From positions 1,612,001-1,676,000 of the forward strand of contig NW_027117343.1 of the NCBI RefSeq assembly GCF_038025025.1: 64,000 nt of DNA, written 5' to 3'. Shown here piece by piece: positions 47,980 to 59,897 of this stretch (its first letter is position 1; every line of letters begins with the position of its first letter). The position numbers were made by a program, and so were the translations under genes. The notes beneath the pieces were generated by a model. It saw only the letters and a program-made list of their open reading frames with translations, made no database searches and was not told the DNA's origin. This stretch comes from Phyllosticta citribraziliensis. Its lineage: Eukaryota.

Positions 47980-50900
47980 ATGTCGGGCCCCTATCGCTTT
48001 CCCCCAGAGCGTGTCACGTCGCCACTGTTAGTCCAGGTCGCAAACGAATGCCTTCAAACACAATACTGACCTGCCCTCAGAGACCAGCGGCCCGTGAATC
48101 TGTTCCCCTCGGGACAACCGCCCAACTTCAAGACCAACCTAAACCGCAACAAGACCAAAAAATGGGTCGAGGCCAAGCCCTACAGCTACGACGGTGACGA
48201 CTGGGGCGACTATGACGAGGACGATGAATACGGCGTGTCCGAGCAAGCCTCCAAGGCTCCCCAGGCTCCAACCGGCCTGAGACAAAGAGGGCAGAGCATT
48301 GAAAAGGGCTCTCGCAGCTTCACGGATCCACAGCCGGGAGTGGAGCGCCGGAACTCGTTCGACTACGGCGATGACAAGCGGGCATTTTCGTCTTCCATGG
48401 GCCCAATGGATGCGCTGCCACCGATTGATACTTCTGTACAGGGTGGAAAAGCGGGATCAAATGTAAGCCCAAACAAGGCCCCAACGTATTCCCACCAAGG
48501 CGCCCCTCGCTGTTCTAGAGAACCCGCATCGGCTCATGGTCGAGGGTCAATCTTGAGCTGGGGCGCAACCTCCGTGACGAGCGACTAATCGGCCTTTCAG
48601 GACCCTCACACGCGTCGTGACTTTGAACACTCGGCACTTCCTCCTCCCTTGCAGATGCGCACCGCTACAGCTCCCACGAGCGCGCCCGACACTCCCCTTG
48701 GTCACCGTCCCAGAACCAGCAGCCTCGCTCCCGACACCGCCATGCCGTCCGCCGTCTCTCAGGACTCGACTCCAATCTCCGAGCGTCAGCGCGCACCCAG
48801 CAACCCGAACAAGCCTCTTTCCTTTGTTCGCCCAGCCGATATATACAAGCGCGCGGTGGAGGGGGGAGTGGAAACAAAGAGCCCGGTCGAAGCGAAGCCA
48901 CAGCACGAGCACCTGCCGGGCTTCGAGATCACCAAACCACCGGGACAGCCCGCCAGCGGCTCTGGAGGTGGGGTCATCAGTCCTTCCCTGCCACCTCTCC
49001 ACTCTGGCTCCACTTTCGGGGACGAGTTTTGGGATTCTACTCAAGGATTGGCCAAGTCTGGAGGTGAATCTGCGCAACCAGAGCTGCAGCACCAGCCGTC
49101 TTCGGGATTCCGCTCTGCCGTCCGCGCTGCTTTTGAGAGAAAGGACGACAATTCCGTGCCGCCCACGCCCGTCTCCAAATCGAATTCTCTCTCGACGTCT
49201 GGATGCAACGTCTCGAGGAGCAACACGGACAGCACTGCTGGGATTAGTCCAATCATGAGCGGGGTGCCGGGTAGTGGGCTGCCAAGTTTGAGGACAGACA
49301 CGTCGACCCCTGCAATTGCAGAAGAGCCCAGCCCTAGCCCGCGCTCTGCATCTGGCACAATCCAACCCTTTGACCCATCGCAAAAGCCATCGACCTCGCA
49401 TTCCAGGAACCCATCTGGCGGCACCTTGCCTGGCGCCAGCACCCCAACGGGCCGACCTAGCTCCAACCACAGTCCCGCAAGGTCGCCAGCCATTGAGCCA
49501 GCCAGGCCCGTCGCAGCTCCAGCCGTGGCCGAAATGTCTGCCGACTATGGCGCGCGCGAGGTTGATCTCGCATCGCCGCCCTCAAAGAGCAGCAAGTCCA
49601 ACTCTGGCCTGGAAGAGCTCCAGGCGCAGGCGTCTTTCTTGGACTCTCATCGGAGCCCAGGTCCCGACTCGCCGGAGCGCTCATCACCCATCTCGCGGTC
49701 CGAGTCCCCGACCAAGGGCAGGGTCCGCGACCTTGCAGGAAAGCTCAACGAACAACTCGCCGATTCGAGGCGCAACTCGACCCACTCCATCTCATCTCAA
49801 AAGAGCCACGACTCTGGCAAAAAGTCCTCTCGACCCTCGTCGCCAACCAAGAGTGCCGAGCGACCGCAGGCCGAAAGGGAAATCAGTTTCAGGCCCAAGA
49901 TTCCGGGAACCTGGGAGTCTTACAACTCCACCCCAGGCCAGAGCTCACCCGAAAAGGAAAAGCTAGAGCCGCCAATGAAACTCTCTAGGGAAACGACGGC
50001 TGAAAGTTTTGACATTGCCCCCACCACCGCGAAGCAGCAGCTAGACTACAAAGAGCCTGTTGATCCAATCAAGAACCCGACCGCCGCGCTTGCTGCGACA
50101 GGTGCTGCACTCGGCGAATCCATCAGGTCCGCGCTTTCACCAGGCGAACGCTCGGCTGAATCGTCTTCCGAAGACTTGACCAAGGCAGAGGATGATCGAC
50201 AGGCACGGGCGGTTGGTGACGTTTGGTTGCGCCCGCTGCAGGTTGACAGGACCAACACTTCCACCACCGAAGCGACATCAAAGGACAGTCACTTGGGCGA
50301 CTCGCCCGTCGATGCACCTCTTCCGCTCAGGTCGTCTCGAAGCCCTTCTACTCAACCCGAAGCCAGGACTCCTCTTCCCCGCAGCAAGACAATCAAGGAC
50401 GTGGAAAGCGAAGCGTTGGAGCAGGAGATTATGAAGCGATTGAGCAACCCAAGCCTTGGAAGCTTGAATGTGGAACCTTTCAACCGTGCGGGCTCGGGCC
50501 TTTCCCAGAACTGGACCAGCGGTGAAGATGATGTACAGTCCCTGAAGACTGGCCTTTCCGTCCACGATGCGACCATCCGGCCCGTCGAGCCGTCCCCATT
50601 CTCATCGCCAGAGAGAGACGACCCCGGCAGACCCAACTTGATGAAGCGTTTTAGCTGGGAGCAATCCAGCGCTGGAAACAGCACCGCCCAGCAAACGCCG
50701 TCGAAGCTGTTGGACAGCCGAGAGAACCTCGCCGACGGCCTCCAGCTGGTCAACCCTGAGCCAGAATCGTCCCCATCACCTGAGCCGGTGGAGTTGGCGG
50801 CCCCTGCAGCTCCCAATCAACCACTTGACGCCGATGCGTGGCGTGCACAGTCCACCGCCGTCGATCCCGCCGCAACCTTGGGCGAACGTTCGACTTCGGT

Positions 50901-51426
50901 TTCCCAAACGCTGGCATCGACTGAGCAGTCGCGAATTCCGCTGTTTCGCGAGATTCTTGCTCTCAAGTCGTCCCACGAACGCATCTCCAAGTTCAACCAG
51001 ACGCGCGAATCTTTTGCCAGCATGGACACGGGCCTCAGAGCCTGGGTCGCAATGACGCTGGAGAAGAAGCCCGAGCACGCTGAGCTGGCGGATTTGCCGA
51101 GGAACCCACCCAAACCCATGTCGGCCAACTCGGGCAGCATCCGCGGTCATAAGCACGGCGCCTCGCTCTCCCACATTGCCACCGGCCTGCGCAAGACCAG
51201 CCAGACTGCCACTTCCGAGTCTGCAACCACTGGAGCTCACCCTGGGGCCAGCGGCGCAGCAGGCTCAAGTGCGTCAGCCTCTGCGAACCGGGAGAGGATG
51301 CAGGCCAAGGGCAAGGACCTCCTCAAGGGCGCCGGTGTCCTCGGTGGAAAGGGCATGAAGGAGGCCAAGGGCTTGTTCGCCAAGGGACGAAGCCGATTCG
51401 GGAGAAACGAGAGCAAGGTAGATTGA
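47980..51426 (+). CDS. FYV8-like large low-complexity protein (short form ~1084 aa); introns 48027-48080, 48463-48600
   Basis: Spliced N-terminus MSGPYRFPPERVTSPL|DQRP...NRNKTKKWVEAK.YSYDGDDWG and the C-terminal block FREILALKS.HERI.KFNQTR..FASMDTGL.AW resemble the conserved ends of yeast Fyv8-type proteins (recognised from memory). Both introns have good branch/acceptor sites and keep frame. Confidence 0.7.
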
Positions 51427-51737
51427 GAATTTCCTTTTCTTCTCCCCTTTTCCCTATACCCTTATTTCCCTTGCGGTTGCTTTCTTCGCTCGGCGAGTTC
51501 AATCGATGGCGGTGGCATATGTACCCTTTTGGTTTTTGACACGGCCTATGATATCTTCCCTTTGCCGTTGAACACGGTCTAGCAAAAGCAACATCGTGTC
51601 GCTCGGCGGTCTTTTCCAGCCCTCCTGTATTGTGTACTCTGTAGTTCCTAATCTTACTGGTTTTTGTCCGCCACCACATCGATTGTACGCGCTGCTCTGA
51701 TGGAACATGAGTGTTGATGTATTCTGTGTGCAAGCAG

Positions 51738-54700
51738 GCCCAACGCAGCGCGAGTAATGACGCTCCCTACACTGCCAGCCGGAGAAGCTCGCTATTCTCA
51801 TCCAGTGCCTTGCCATCGCGCCCTGTATCGTCGCACAGCCCCTTGCCTCCGGTGGTTGGCAGCAGTGAGTCGATTGCGAATGGCGACCAGGAGACCCCGC
51901 TCTCGAACGATGAGAAACAAGACAAGAAGCGGAAACGATTTTCAGCTGCCTTTAGCCGAATCGCCCATGGACGAAGCGGAAGCAGACCTGCCAGCATGTT
52001 TGTCGAAGGCCCCACGGTTGACAAGGGCAAACGAGTCGCATCACCGTTGCCGCCTGTCGAAGATGTGCAAGTACGGCCTTTTAGCGTTGCATTGGATGGT
52101 TTGACCCAGGACCCCTTGGCCAATGATACTCAGCACCAAGACGAAAAGGAAGAAAGCGTGGACAAAAGCAAAGGCAAACGGCCCATAGCTGAGCCGGAGA
52201 ATGGTTTGGACAGCGTTTTGAACGGCGATCCAAAACTTCCGGCAGCTAGTCCTAGCCCACCTGAAGCAGACCGCGCCCGCTCCCTTTCGAGCATGGACTC
52301 TGAAGAAGACCCTTTTGCGCGCCTCCCCTCCCGACCCATCAGCGTTCGCGATAAAAGTCGCAGCCGTGGTGCCTCGGCCTATACTTCACCAGCTGCTTCG
52401 CGCCCAGTCAGCGGCGGCGCATTCGTTCCCCCCGAGGAGTGGGACACGCTTCCAACGCTCTGGACTGGCGGTCGTGGAACACCAAACGAGCGCACTCCTC
52501 AAACTGACCGACACATGTTGCCCAGTCAGAGGAGCTTGGAGCGTTTGAGGCGCAACTCCAGTCCCCAGGTTCTGCAAAATCTCAGGTCATCCAGCCTCTT
52601 GTCTAGCAAGCGGAGCCTTGCTGAGCTTCCTGAAACCCCGGAGCGAGAGCCAAGCGACCAGCTGATTGAGCGCCTCGGTGTGCTACCAAGTCCCAGCATC
52701 GAGCCCATGAATTGGCCAGAGGAGAAACAGCGGCGAAAGACGGTCGGGGCTGACCAGCGACTCGAAAGGGTGGTGGAGAGCGTCGTTCGTCACAGTGCGT
52801 CGCTCAGTTCGAGGGAGCTCAAGGGCGAAAAGGTTACCAGAAAGCCCTCGAAGCTACAGGATGTCGATAGCGAGGTGCCCGCCCTCCAGCCTGGGTTCCA
52901 GGAGGAGAAACCAAGGCCGTCTTTTGTGAGAGATAGGCGCTCTACCCCGTCGCTGAGAGCAGCTCCATCCAGAGGCTCCATTCGCACGCGGGGTTCCAAA
53001 GCGTCGATTTCGTCGCTGCTGCCCATTCCTTTGGACGAGGTTGCCCGCCGGAGCATGGCCAGAGAAGAGGGGGAGGGGGCCGAGGATGCAGCCGAAGTTG
53101 CCAAAAACGGCAAAATGGCCGAAGAATTGATCAATGAGCGAGAACCACCCGCCAAGATTGTTGAAGAAAAGACGGTCTCTCCGGTGAGATCGGTAGACTC
53201 TTCTGCACCCGACACTTCGGCCGGAGCACCACTGTCTCCAGGTCTTTCATTCCACACTGCTGCATCTGAGCGCGAGGAAGAACCCTTTGAGTTGCAGCCA
53301 GAGAAGGAGCCGGTCGGTCAAGAGGAAAAAGAACGCGCAGCCAGCCCAAGCAAAAAGGTCTCCCTGGTCATGGACGAGACTCCAACGTCTGGCCCTTCCC
53401 CGCAACCAGACCAGGGCGAATGGCTCGTCCCACGCACTCGCAAGCTGCGCAACGACCCTCGCCTAGGTTCTCATGTCACGTCTCCTGTACCGGGATTGGT
53501 TGACGCTAGCAGCCATGCGCGATTCCAAAAGTCGGCGCCGGGTGTTGTCGAATACAGAGCCTCGCAGGGCGACCCACCAATGCCGCAGAGGTTCATGTCA
53601 CCGCCTCCAGGACTGGTAGAATATGGCACACAACAAGGCCGTCGTGGTGCGCCACAAGCTTTTCAGCCGTTTATCGAAGATCGCTCTTCAACAACGCAGG
53701 AGATTGCCAAGGAGTTTGATCCTAGAGCGTACACTCCAGAGTTCACCCTGCCTGGCGTCGGTCCACCTGATTTTAGTCGGTCTGACACTAAGCGCAAGTC
53801 GTTCCTCGGCGTTGGCCTCCCAGGAAGTAAACACTCGACACCACCCAGTGGATCCTCGGCCGAGCGCATCAACGAGCGCATCAACCCGCGGGATCTGGAT
53901 CTTGTGCAACGCAAGTTCTCGTACCAATCCAGCAACGACGAGAGACAAGAAGTCGATGCTCCGCCTCCTGTAAGGCGCGGATCCAGAGGATTCTTGCCCT
54001 TTAGGAGGACTTCGGTTGCAAATGACTCGACGATAGAATCGCCAACCACATCACGCTCTGGCTCTGGATTTGGGGCAGCGGTTGCAAGCCTTGCTCCTCC
54101 TCCCGCAGCCAGTCCGACGCCCATGAGCGGACCGTCAGTGGGCCCCAGCCCGAACAAGAAGGGCCGCAATGTGCTCCAGCGGAACCATTCAGTGGCAGTC
54201 ACACCTTCGCCGGAACCCAAGGAAAAGACCAAGAGGCGCGGATCCATCTTTGGGAGTCTGTTTGGTCGCTCCGCATCAACTTCCCAGGCAAAGGAAAAGG
54301 GTGAAAAGAAGCCGCGTAGGGCGGAAGGAAAGCGTCTGTCCAAGATGCCAGCCGTGACGGAGACGAGAATTGATGAGCCTTCGGTCGATGGCGTGATGGC
54401 AAGCCAGGGACAGCCGTACGAAGCGATTCCCGAGATTCCATTGCATCTCAAGCCGAGCGGTGAATCGCCATCTCGCATCTACTACAAGGAGCCGTCTCTT
54501 CCCAATGTCAATCCCACTGACCTCCATCGACACAAAGGTCTCAAGACGCCGCCGCCGCCGCAAAATTACTACATTCCCTCTGGCCCTGAGAACCAACCAC
54601 CAGTTGACGCGGGAAATCACGTTCCTCAGCCGCCTCGAAGCCGCTATTACCAGCCTCAAGGCCCTTTGAGTCAAACGACGCCTCCACTACCGCAGCCTGG

Positions 54701-56042
54701 TCTTACGAACGGTCCCATTGTCGCACCCACTCAGCCTTATATCGCCCGCCAAAACACACTTCCCGAATTCAGCAACTTTGCGGGAATGCACGCGTCGCCG
54801 CCAGACACTCGGATTGCATCACCTCCTGCGCGAGAATGGTCCAGAAGTCGCGGCCCCGATCCCGCACTTCCGATGATCAGCTACATGCCGTCGAGACCAA
54901 ACTCGGCAGGGGGGCAGGGCTTCTCTAGGCCGCAAAGCGAGACGCCGCCTATCCCACGTCCCGACCCGTTCACTGCGCAGCGCATCTTTTATGAGCAGCA
55001 GAAGAAGCAGCAGCAGCAGCAGGTTGATCAAGAAGGTGCCAGCAGGAATGGCAGCATTAATGAAGCTACGCATTATGTGCCCGGCCCGCCTACGCACGAT
55101 AATACTTCCATGCAGCACTATGCACCAACTCCTCCGCCGCCAGAAATGCCTCCACAGCAGCAACGTCCTTACCAGCTCCAGCTCCCGCCAAACCCTGTTC
55201 CAGAGAGATCTCGCTCCAATCCTCGCTTTGAGCCAGCTGATTCGTTCCGACCAACACCGCGTCCCGAACCTCGGTGGCGCGAAGCGTCTCCGCAAGAGAT
55301 ACAACAGTTCCAGCAAAAGCAGATGCAACCTCGTCTCTCATCGGAGCGCCAGTACGAAACGCCATTCTACGCACCTGCTCGACCGTCTTCGCGCGGCGGG
55401 CCCATGAGCTGGGCAGCAGACCCGTACCACCGCCGCGGCTCCGCTCCACCCATTGCGTACGCGCCGCCACCCCCTCACAACGGCCCACCGCCACCGCAAA
55501 TGCATCTCCCACAGCCGGCGCGCAGCTACACGGATCAAGTCATCTACCAGACGTATGGCAACGGGATGGCGCCGCCGCAGAATCGACGACGTTCGTCCAG
55601 CGGCCACCGTCCCGGGCCCGAGACATACGTGCCGTATCGCGGCAGCGCCGTGTACGACTTTACCGACGACGACGCGACATACAATGATGGCAACTTTGAC
55701 AACAAGCGCGACAGCCGGGGCCGGTGGCCGGGATTCGCCAACGCCGAGGCTCAGGCGCAGGCGGAGGCGTATGCGGACGCGCGCGTGTCGGCGGTCCGCG
55801 CCCAGAGCAGGAGCCGCAGCCGCAGCGCCAGCCAAAGCCGTGGAAGCCGAAGTCGCAGCCGCGGCAGGGCCACCGGTGGCAGCAGCGCAGCCAGGCCTCG
55901 CGGGCTGAGCCAGGGCAGTGCCCCGAACGGTACTACTGAGGGGAGGAAGAGCCTTGGACAGGCCGAAGAGCCCGTCCCTATGCTTGCGAGCAGCTATCCC
56001 GGCATGGAGTGGCATCCCGGTGCTGGATGGGATGGCCAGTGA
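51738..56042 (+). CDS. ~1434-aa Pro/Ser/Arg-rich coding exon: alternative last exon of the upstream gene, or a separate gene from ATG 51717
   Basis: 4.3 kb uninterrupted ORF ending in a motif-like EEPVPMLASSYPGMEWHP. CAG acceptor at 51737 is in phase with the donor at 51418. Confidence 0.75.
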   Translation, partial: AQRSASNDAPYTASRRSSLFSSSALPSRPVSSHSPLPPVVGSSESIANGDQETPLSNDEKQDKKRKRFSAAFSRIAHGRSGSRPASMFVEGPTVDKGKRVASPLPPVEDVQVRPFSVALDGLTQDPLANDTQHQDEKEESVDKSKGKRPIAEPENGLDSVLNGDPKLPAASPSPPEADRARSLSSMDSEEDPFARLPSRPISVRDKSRSRGASAYTSPAASRPVSGGAFVPPEEWDTLPTLWTGGRGTPNERTPQTDRHMLPSQRSLERLRRNSSPQVLQNLRSSSLLSSKRSLAELPETPEREPSDQLIERLGVLPSPSIEPMNWPEEKQRRKTVGADQRLERVVESVVRHSASLSSRELKGEKVTRKPSKLQDVDSEVPALQPGFQEEKPRPSFVRDRRSTPSLRAAPSRGSIRTRGSKASISSLLPIPLDEVARRSMAREEGEGAEDAAEVAKNGKMAEELINEREPPAKIVEEKTVSPVRSVDSSAPDTSAGAPLSPGLSFHTAASEREEEPFELQPEKEPVGQEEKERAASPSKKVSLVMDETPTSGPSPQPDQGEWLVPRTRKLRNDPRLGSHVTSPVPGLVDASSHARFQKSAPGVVEYRASQGDPPMPQRFMSPPPGLVEYGTQQGRRGAPQAFQPFIEDRSSTTQEIAKEFDPRAYTPEFTLPGVGPPDFSRSDTKRKSFLGVGLPGSKHSTPPSGSSAERINERINPRDLDLVQRKFSYQSSNDERQEVDAPPPVRRGSRGFLPFRRTSVANDSTIESPTTSRSGSGFGAAVASLAPPPAASPTPMSGPSVGPSPNKKGRNVLQRNHSVAVTPSPEPKEKTKRRGSIFGSLFGRSASTSQAKEKGEKKPRRAEGKRLSKMPAVTETRIDEPSVDGVMASQGQPYEAIPEIPLHLKPSGESPSRIYYKEPSLPNVNPTDLHRHKGLKTPPPPQNYYIPSGPENQPPVDAGNHVPQPPRSRYYQPQGPLSQTTPPLPQPGLTNGPIVAPTQPYIARQNTLPEFSNFAGMHASPPDTRIASPPAREWSRSRGPDPALPMISYMPSRPNSAGGQGFSRPQSETPPIPRPDPFTAQRIFYEQQKKQQQQQVDQEGASRNGSINEATHYVPGPPTHDNTSMQHYAPTPPPPEMPPQQQRPYQLQLPPNPVPERSRSNPRFEPADSFRPTPRPEPRWREASPQEIQQFQQKQMQPRLSSERQYETPFYAPARPSSRGGPMSWAADPYHRRGSAPPIAYAPPPPHNGPPPPQMHLPQPARSYTDQVIYQTYGNGMAPPQNRRRSSSGHRPGPETYVPYRGSAVYDFTDDDATYNDGNFDNKRDSRGRWPGFANAEAQAQAEAYADARVSAVRAQSRSRSRSASQSRGSRSRSRGRATGGSSAARPRGLSQGSAPNGTTEGRKSLGQAEEPVPMLASSYPGMEWHPGAGWDGQ

Positions 56043-57068
56043 GTCCTCTCCTTCGACTTTTTCTTCGCATCCGCCTTTAATACGCGACACTCTGCACCTT
56101 TTTCTAGCGCTGGAACTGCGTGGCGGCGTTGATCGCTCGCCCGCACGAGAAGCGCCTAGTCTGTTTAATCATCTTCCCTCTCTCCTCCTGGTCGAGATAC
56201 CCTTCTGGCCACCATCGTGTTTATTCGTACAGCACTTTCCCTTTTTCTAGATTCTTGGGCACTCTGTTCATGACTGGACGCGGTCACTTGGTCTCTCTTG
56301 TTGGCAACATAGCGACGGCCGGCTGTGCATCTAGCGCTTTCCAGTTCGTTTGTGGTTCATTTCGGGTTTCTCTTTTCTTGTTTTTGGTTTTTGGTTTTCT
56401 GTTTGAATTCATCATCGACTTGCACAGACTCATCAGCGAGCACAGCAGCACAGCACAGCACAGCACAGCACAGCACTAGTTTTGTAATGACTATAGATTG
56501 TGGAGTAGGGCGTTTAGTTTGTCCATAGCAACCGAACTGACAGAATGAATGTATAATGCCGATGATCGGCCCACATTCGGACCGAGAGCGCGATGCAGAC
56601 TAGCGGCCCTCCGCCCCCAGACGCCAACGCGGGGAAATTTTGATTTTGCGGGGACACAAAGACTTCACCACCTCCTCACCGCAGTCGCCAAGGTCGCTCG
56701 CGAAGGACAGAGACTGCGACAGACTCGTCAAGACTGGCCTGGAAACTGACAGAGACACTCCAATTCAGCTCAACTGACTCTCTCCGCCATTGGTTCAGCT
56801 CCTCACCCCGCACATGGCCACCGTGCCTCACTGAATCCCCAATCATGGATGCCCCTCCGTCCCTGGTCCGGACTCTTGCCAAGATGACGCATCCACAGCA
56901 TACGACATGACCGACTTTGGCTCTCCTCACCGAACCACTCTTGTCATGCCGCAGGTCATGCGGTGAAATCAAAATGCCGCCGCCCTTAAAAGCCAACCAT
57001 CGCCAACGCCCTGTGCTCCCGCTCTCCTGTGCTCTGCGCCATTGGACCTGTTGGACTCAATTGTCAAA

Positions 57069-58721
57069 ATGCTCTCTTCCCTCTTGCTGGCAGGCCTCGC
57101 CGCCTCCACCGCCTCCGCCTACATCACCAAGGACGGCGACGTCGTGATTCCCGGTGCCAGCTCCTACAATGGGCTCAATCTGGTCCCGCAGATGGGCTGG
57201 GACAACTGGAACGCCTTTGGCTGCGACGTGTCCGAGGAGCTGCTGCTCGAGACGGCCGACGCCATGGTCAAATTCGGCCTGCGCGACCTGGGCTACGACT
57301 ACGTGGTGCTGGACGACTGCTGGAGCATTGGGCGCAACGCGTCGGGCTACCTCGTCCACGACCCGGTCAAGTTCCCCAACGGCATGAAGCACGTCGCCGA
57401 CGCCATCCACGCCCTCGGCCTCAAGTTTGGCATGTACAGCTCCGCCGGCGTCTTCACCTGCGGCCGCTACCCGGGCAGCTTGGGCTACGAGCAAAAGGAC
57501 GCGGACATCTTTGCGAGCTGGGGAGTTGACTACCTCAAGTACGTAAAAAAGAGAAAAGAAAAAACTGACTCGCCTTTTGCCTGCCCAATGATCCCTGTGC
57601 TAATCCGCGGCCTGTACCAGGTACGACAACTGCTACAACCAGGGCCAATCGGGAACGCCCCAAATTAGCTTCAACCGCTACAACGTCATGTCCAAGGCCC
57701 TCAACAACACCGGCCGCCCCATCGTGTACGCGCTGTGCAACTGGGGCAATGACGACCCGTACGACTGGGCCTACACCATCAGCAACAGCTACCGCATGAG
57801 CGGCGACATTTTTGACAGTTTCCAGCGGCCCGACGCGCGCTGCCCCTGCACCGAGACGCCCTGCACGTGGCCCGGCTACCACTGCTCGGTCATGAATATT
57901 CTTAATAAGATGGCGCCTATTGTGTCGCGCTCGCAGCCCGGCGCCTTTAACGACATGGACATGCTGGAAGTGGGCAACGGCGGGCAATCCGGTTTGTCCC
58001 CTCCTCTCCTCTCCCTCTCCAACCCCACCACCACATCTATCTAACTAACCCCCATCCAGACTCCGAATACATCGTGCACTTCTCCATGTGGGCCCTCCTC
58101 TCCTCGCCCCTCCTCATGGGCACAAACATCCCCACCCTCTCCCCCGCGCACCTCTCCATCCTCTCCAACCCGGCCGTCATCGCCCTCAACCAAGACCCCA
58201 CCGGCACCGCCGCGACGCGCAAGTGGCGCGAGCTCGTCCCCGACGTCGACGACGACGGCCAGGGCGAAATCGCCCTGTGGACCCGCGTGCTGGACAACGG
58301 CGACACGGCCGTCGCGCTGCTCAACGCCGGCAACAGCTCGCGCACCATGCGCGCCTCCGCGCTGCACATCTTCCTCGACCAGGCCACCGCCGGCACGTAC
58401 GTCCCCGCGCCCGAGCTGTCGACGCCGTACGACGTGTACGACCTGTGGGCAAACCGGATGAGCGACGATGAGGCGGCGGCCGTCATTGCGGGCAACGCGA
58501 CGAGCATCGGTGCAAACAGCACGAGCGTCACGCGGTATAATGCGACGGCGCTCAGCTATGCGGAGGGCTTGGCGCAGGAGCATCCGGCGCTGTTAGGCAA
58601 GAAGGTTGGCCGGCTGGAGGCGGGGGGCGTTTGGGAGGCGGAGGTGGATAGGCATAGTGTGGGGTTGTTTAGGCTGCGTAATGCGACGCAGGCGGGGTTG
58701 CGGAAGAGGGATGAGTTGTAG
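57069..58721 (+). CDS. Secreted GH27 alpha-galactosidase (AglB-like); introns 57539-57620, 57992-58059
   Basis: Signal peptide, NGL..VPQMGWDNWN, LDDCW, FPNGM, WGVDYLK|YDNC (nucleophile), YRMSGDI (acid/base), FNDMDMLEVGNGG, HFSMWA..SSPL.MG, NQD. Confidence 0.95.
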
Positions 58722-58899
58722 TGTTGAGGGCATGTCCTTCTGTCGTCTGTCTATAGATGCGTTGGTCAGTCGGTCAATCGGTTGACCCCAGATAAAACAC
58801 ATCAGTCCCGCCATGTAGTCCACGGACCACGAACTCTACTCACCCTACCTCTCTAAGAGAGACCACCGCTACTCTGTATCCATATAAACCAACTGAACT

Positions 58900-59300
58900 G
58901 CCTCTAAAACACCTAACTACTACCCCGTATATATTCTACCTTCTCTCCCTCCTCTGGCTGCCCCTACATCTTTCTTCCTCTTATCTTCTCCTTTTGCCTG
59001 GATACTTAGCACATGCCCATGTGACTTTCCTCCTAATCTATTATTTACTATAGAAGTACTTAGGAGTAGAATGAATAACAATAAGCCTATACTTAGGTAG
59101 TTAATAGGTAGATATAACCCCCCTTCTCCTCTTTCCTCTTCTCCTCTTTTTCCCCTCCCTATTTCCTTTATCTGCCGCGTCGTACTTATTTCCAAAACTA
59201 TGCTTAGTACAACTTTAGAATGAACACAAATTAAGCCGGCCCTAGTCTACTATCTTGTACTCTACATGCTGTGATGTTTTTCCAGAATACTTACACTATT
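58900..59300. other. AT-rich, TpA-rich patch; possible RIP-degraded repeat relic
   Basis: Abrupt drop in GC with many TA/TAG/CTA words (e.g. TTATTTACTATAGAAGTACTTAGGAGTAGA) inside otherwise GC-rich DNA; no element identity recognisable. Confidence 0.45.
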
Positions 59301-59897
59301 TGGACTGAGCTTTTAAGCATCGTCTCATGGCACTGGTGATTTTTACCGCTGCTACTGCCGTTGCTCCTACCACTGCTGCTGAGAACATGCATCTACCTAT
59401 TTCTGTGCTCTTCTTCTCCCTTCTCCCCTCTCCATCACGCAGACAGATGGACAACCGAGTAGAGTATAGGGGCCACTCACTCACGCACAGCGCTCATTCC
59501 GATTCGCTGGCTTTAGATATGCACCCGATGAGGCTGGCTGGCCGGCGGCGCTGACAGAACCATCATGGTGATCATCATCGTGATCGGTAACTGCTCATGC
59601 CTGCAATCAACTGCCAAGCTGCACTCTGCTTACATGTATATTGTGCATACGGAGCCTCTTCTTGAGGCTGACTTTGTACTCGCTCCTATATACAGTATTC
59701 ACAGACGCCTGATCGGCCCCCACTATCGCCTTCCCCTCCTCCTACCCCTCCTCCCCGCATCATCATCAATCAGGTCAGTCATAGCAAAACCACTCACTAC
59801 TTTTCCAAACCTAAAGAAAACCTCCCCATTTCACCCCTCCCCAACCCCTTATCCAAACAAACCACCTACCTTACCTTAGTACACATACTCCCATCCC

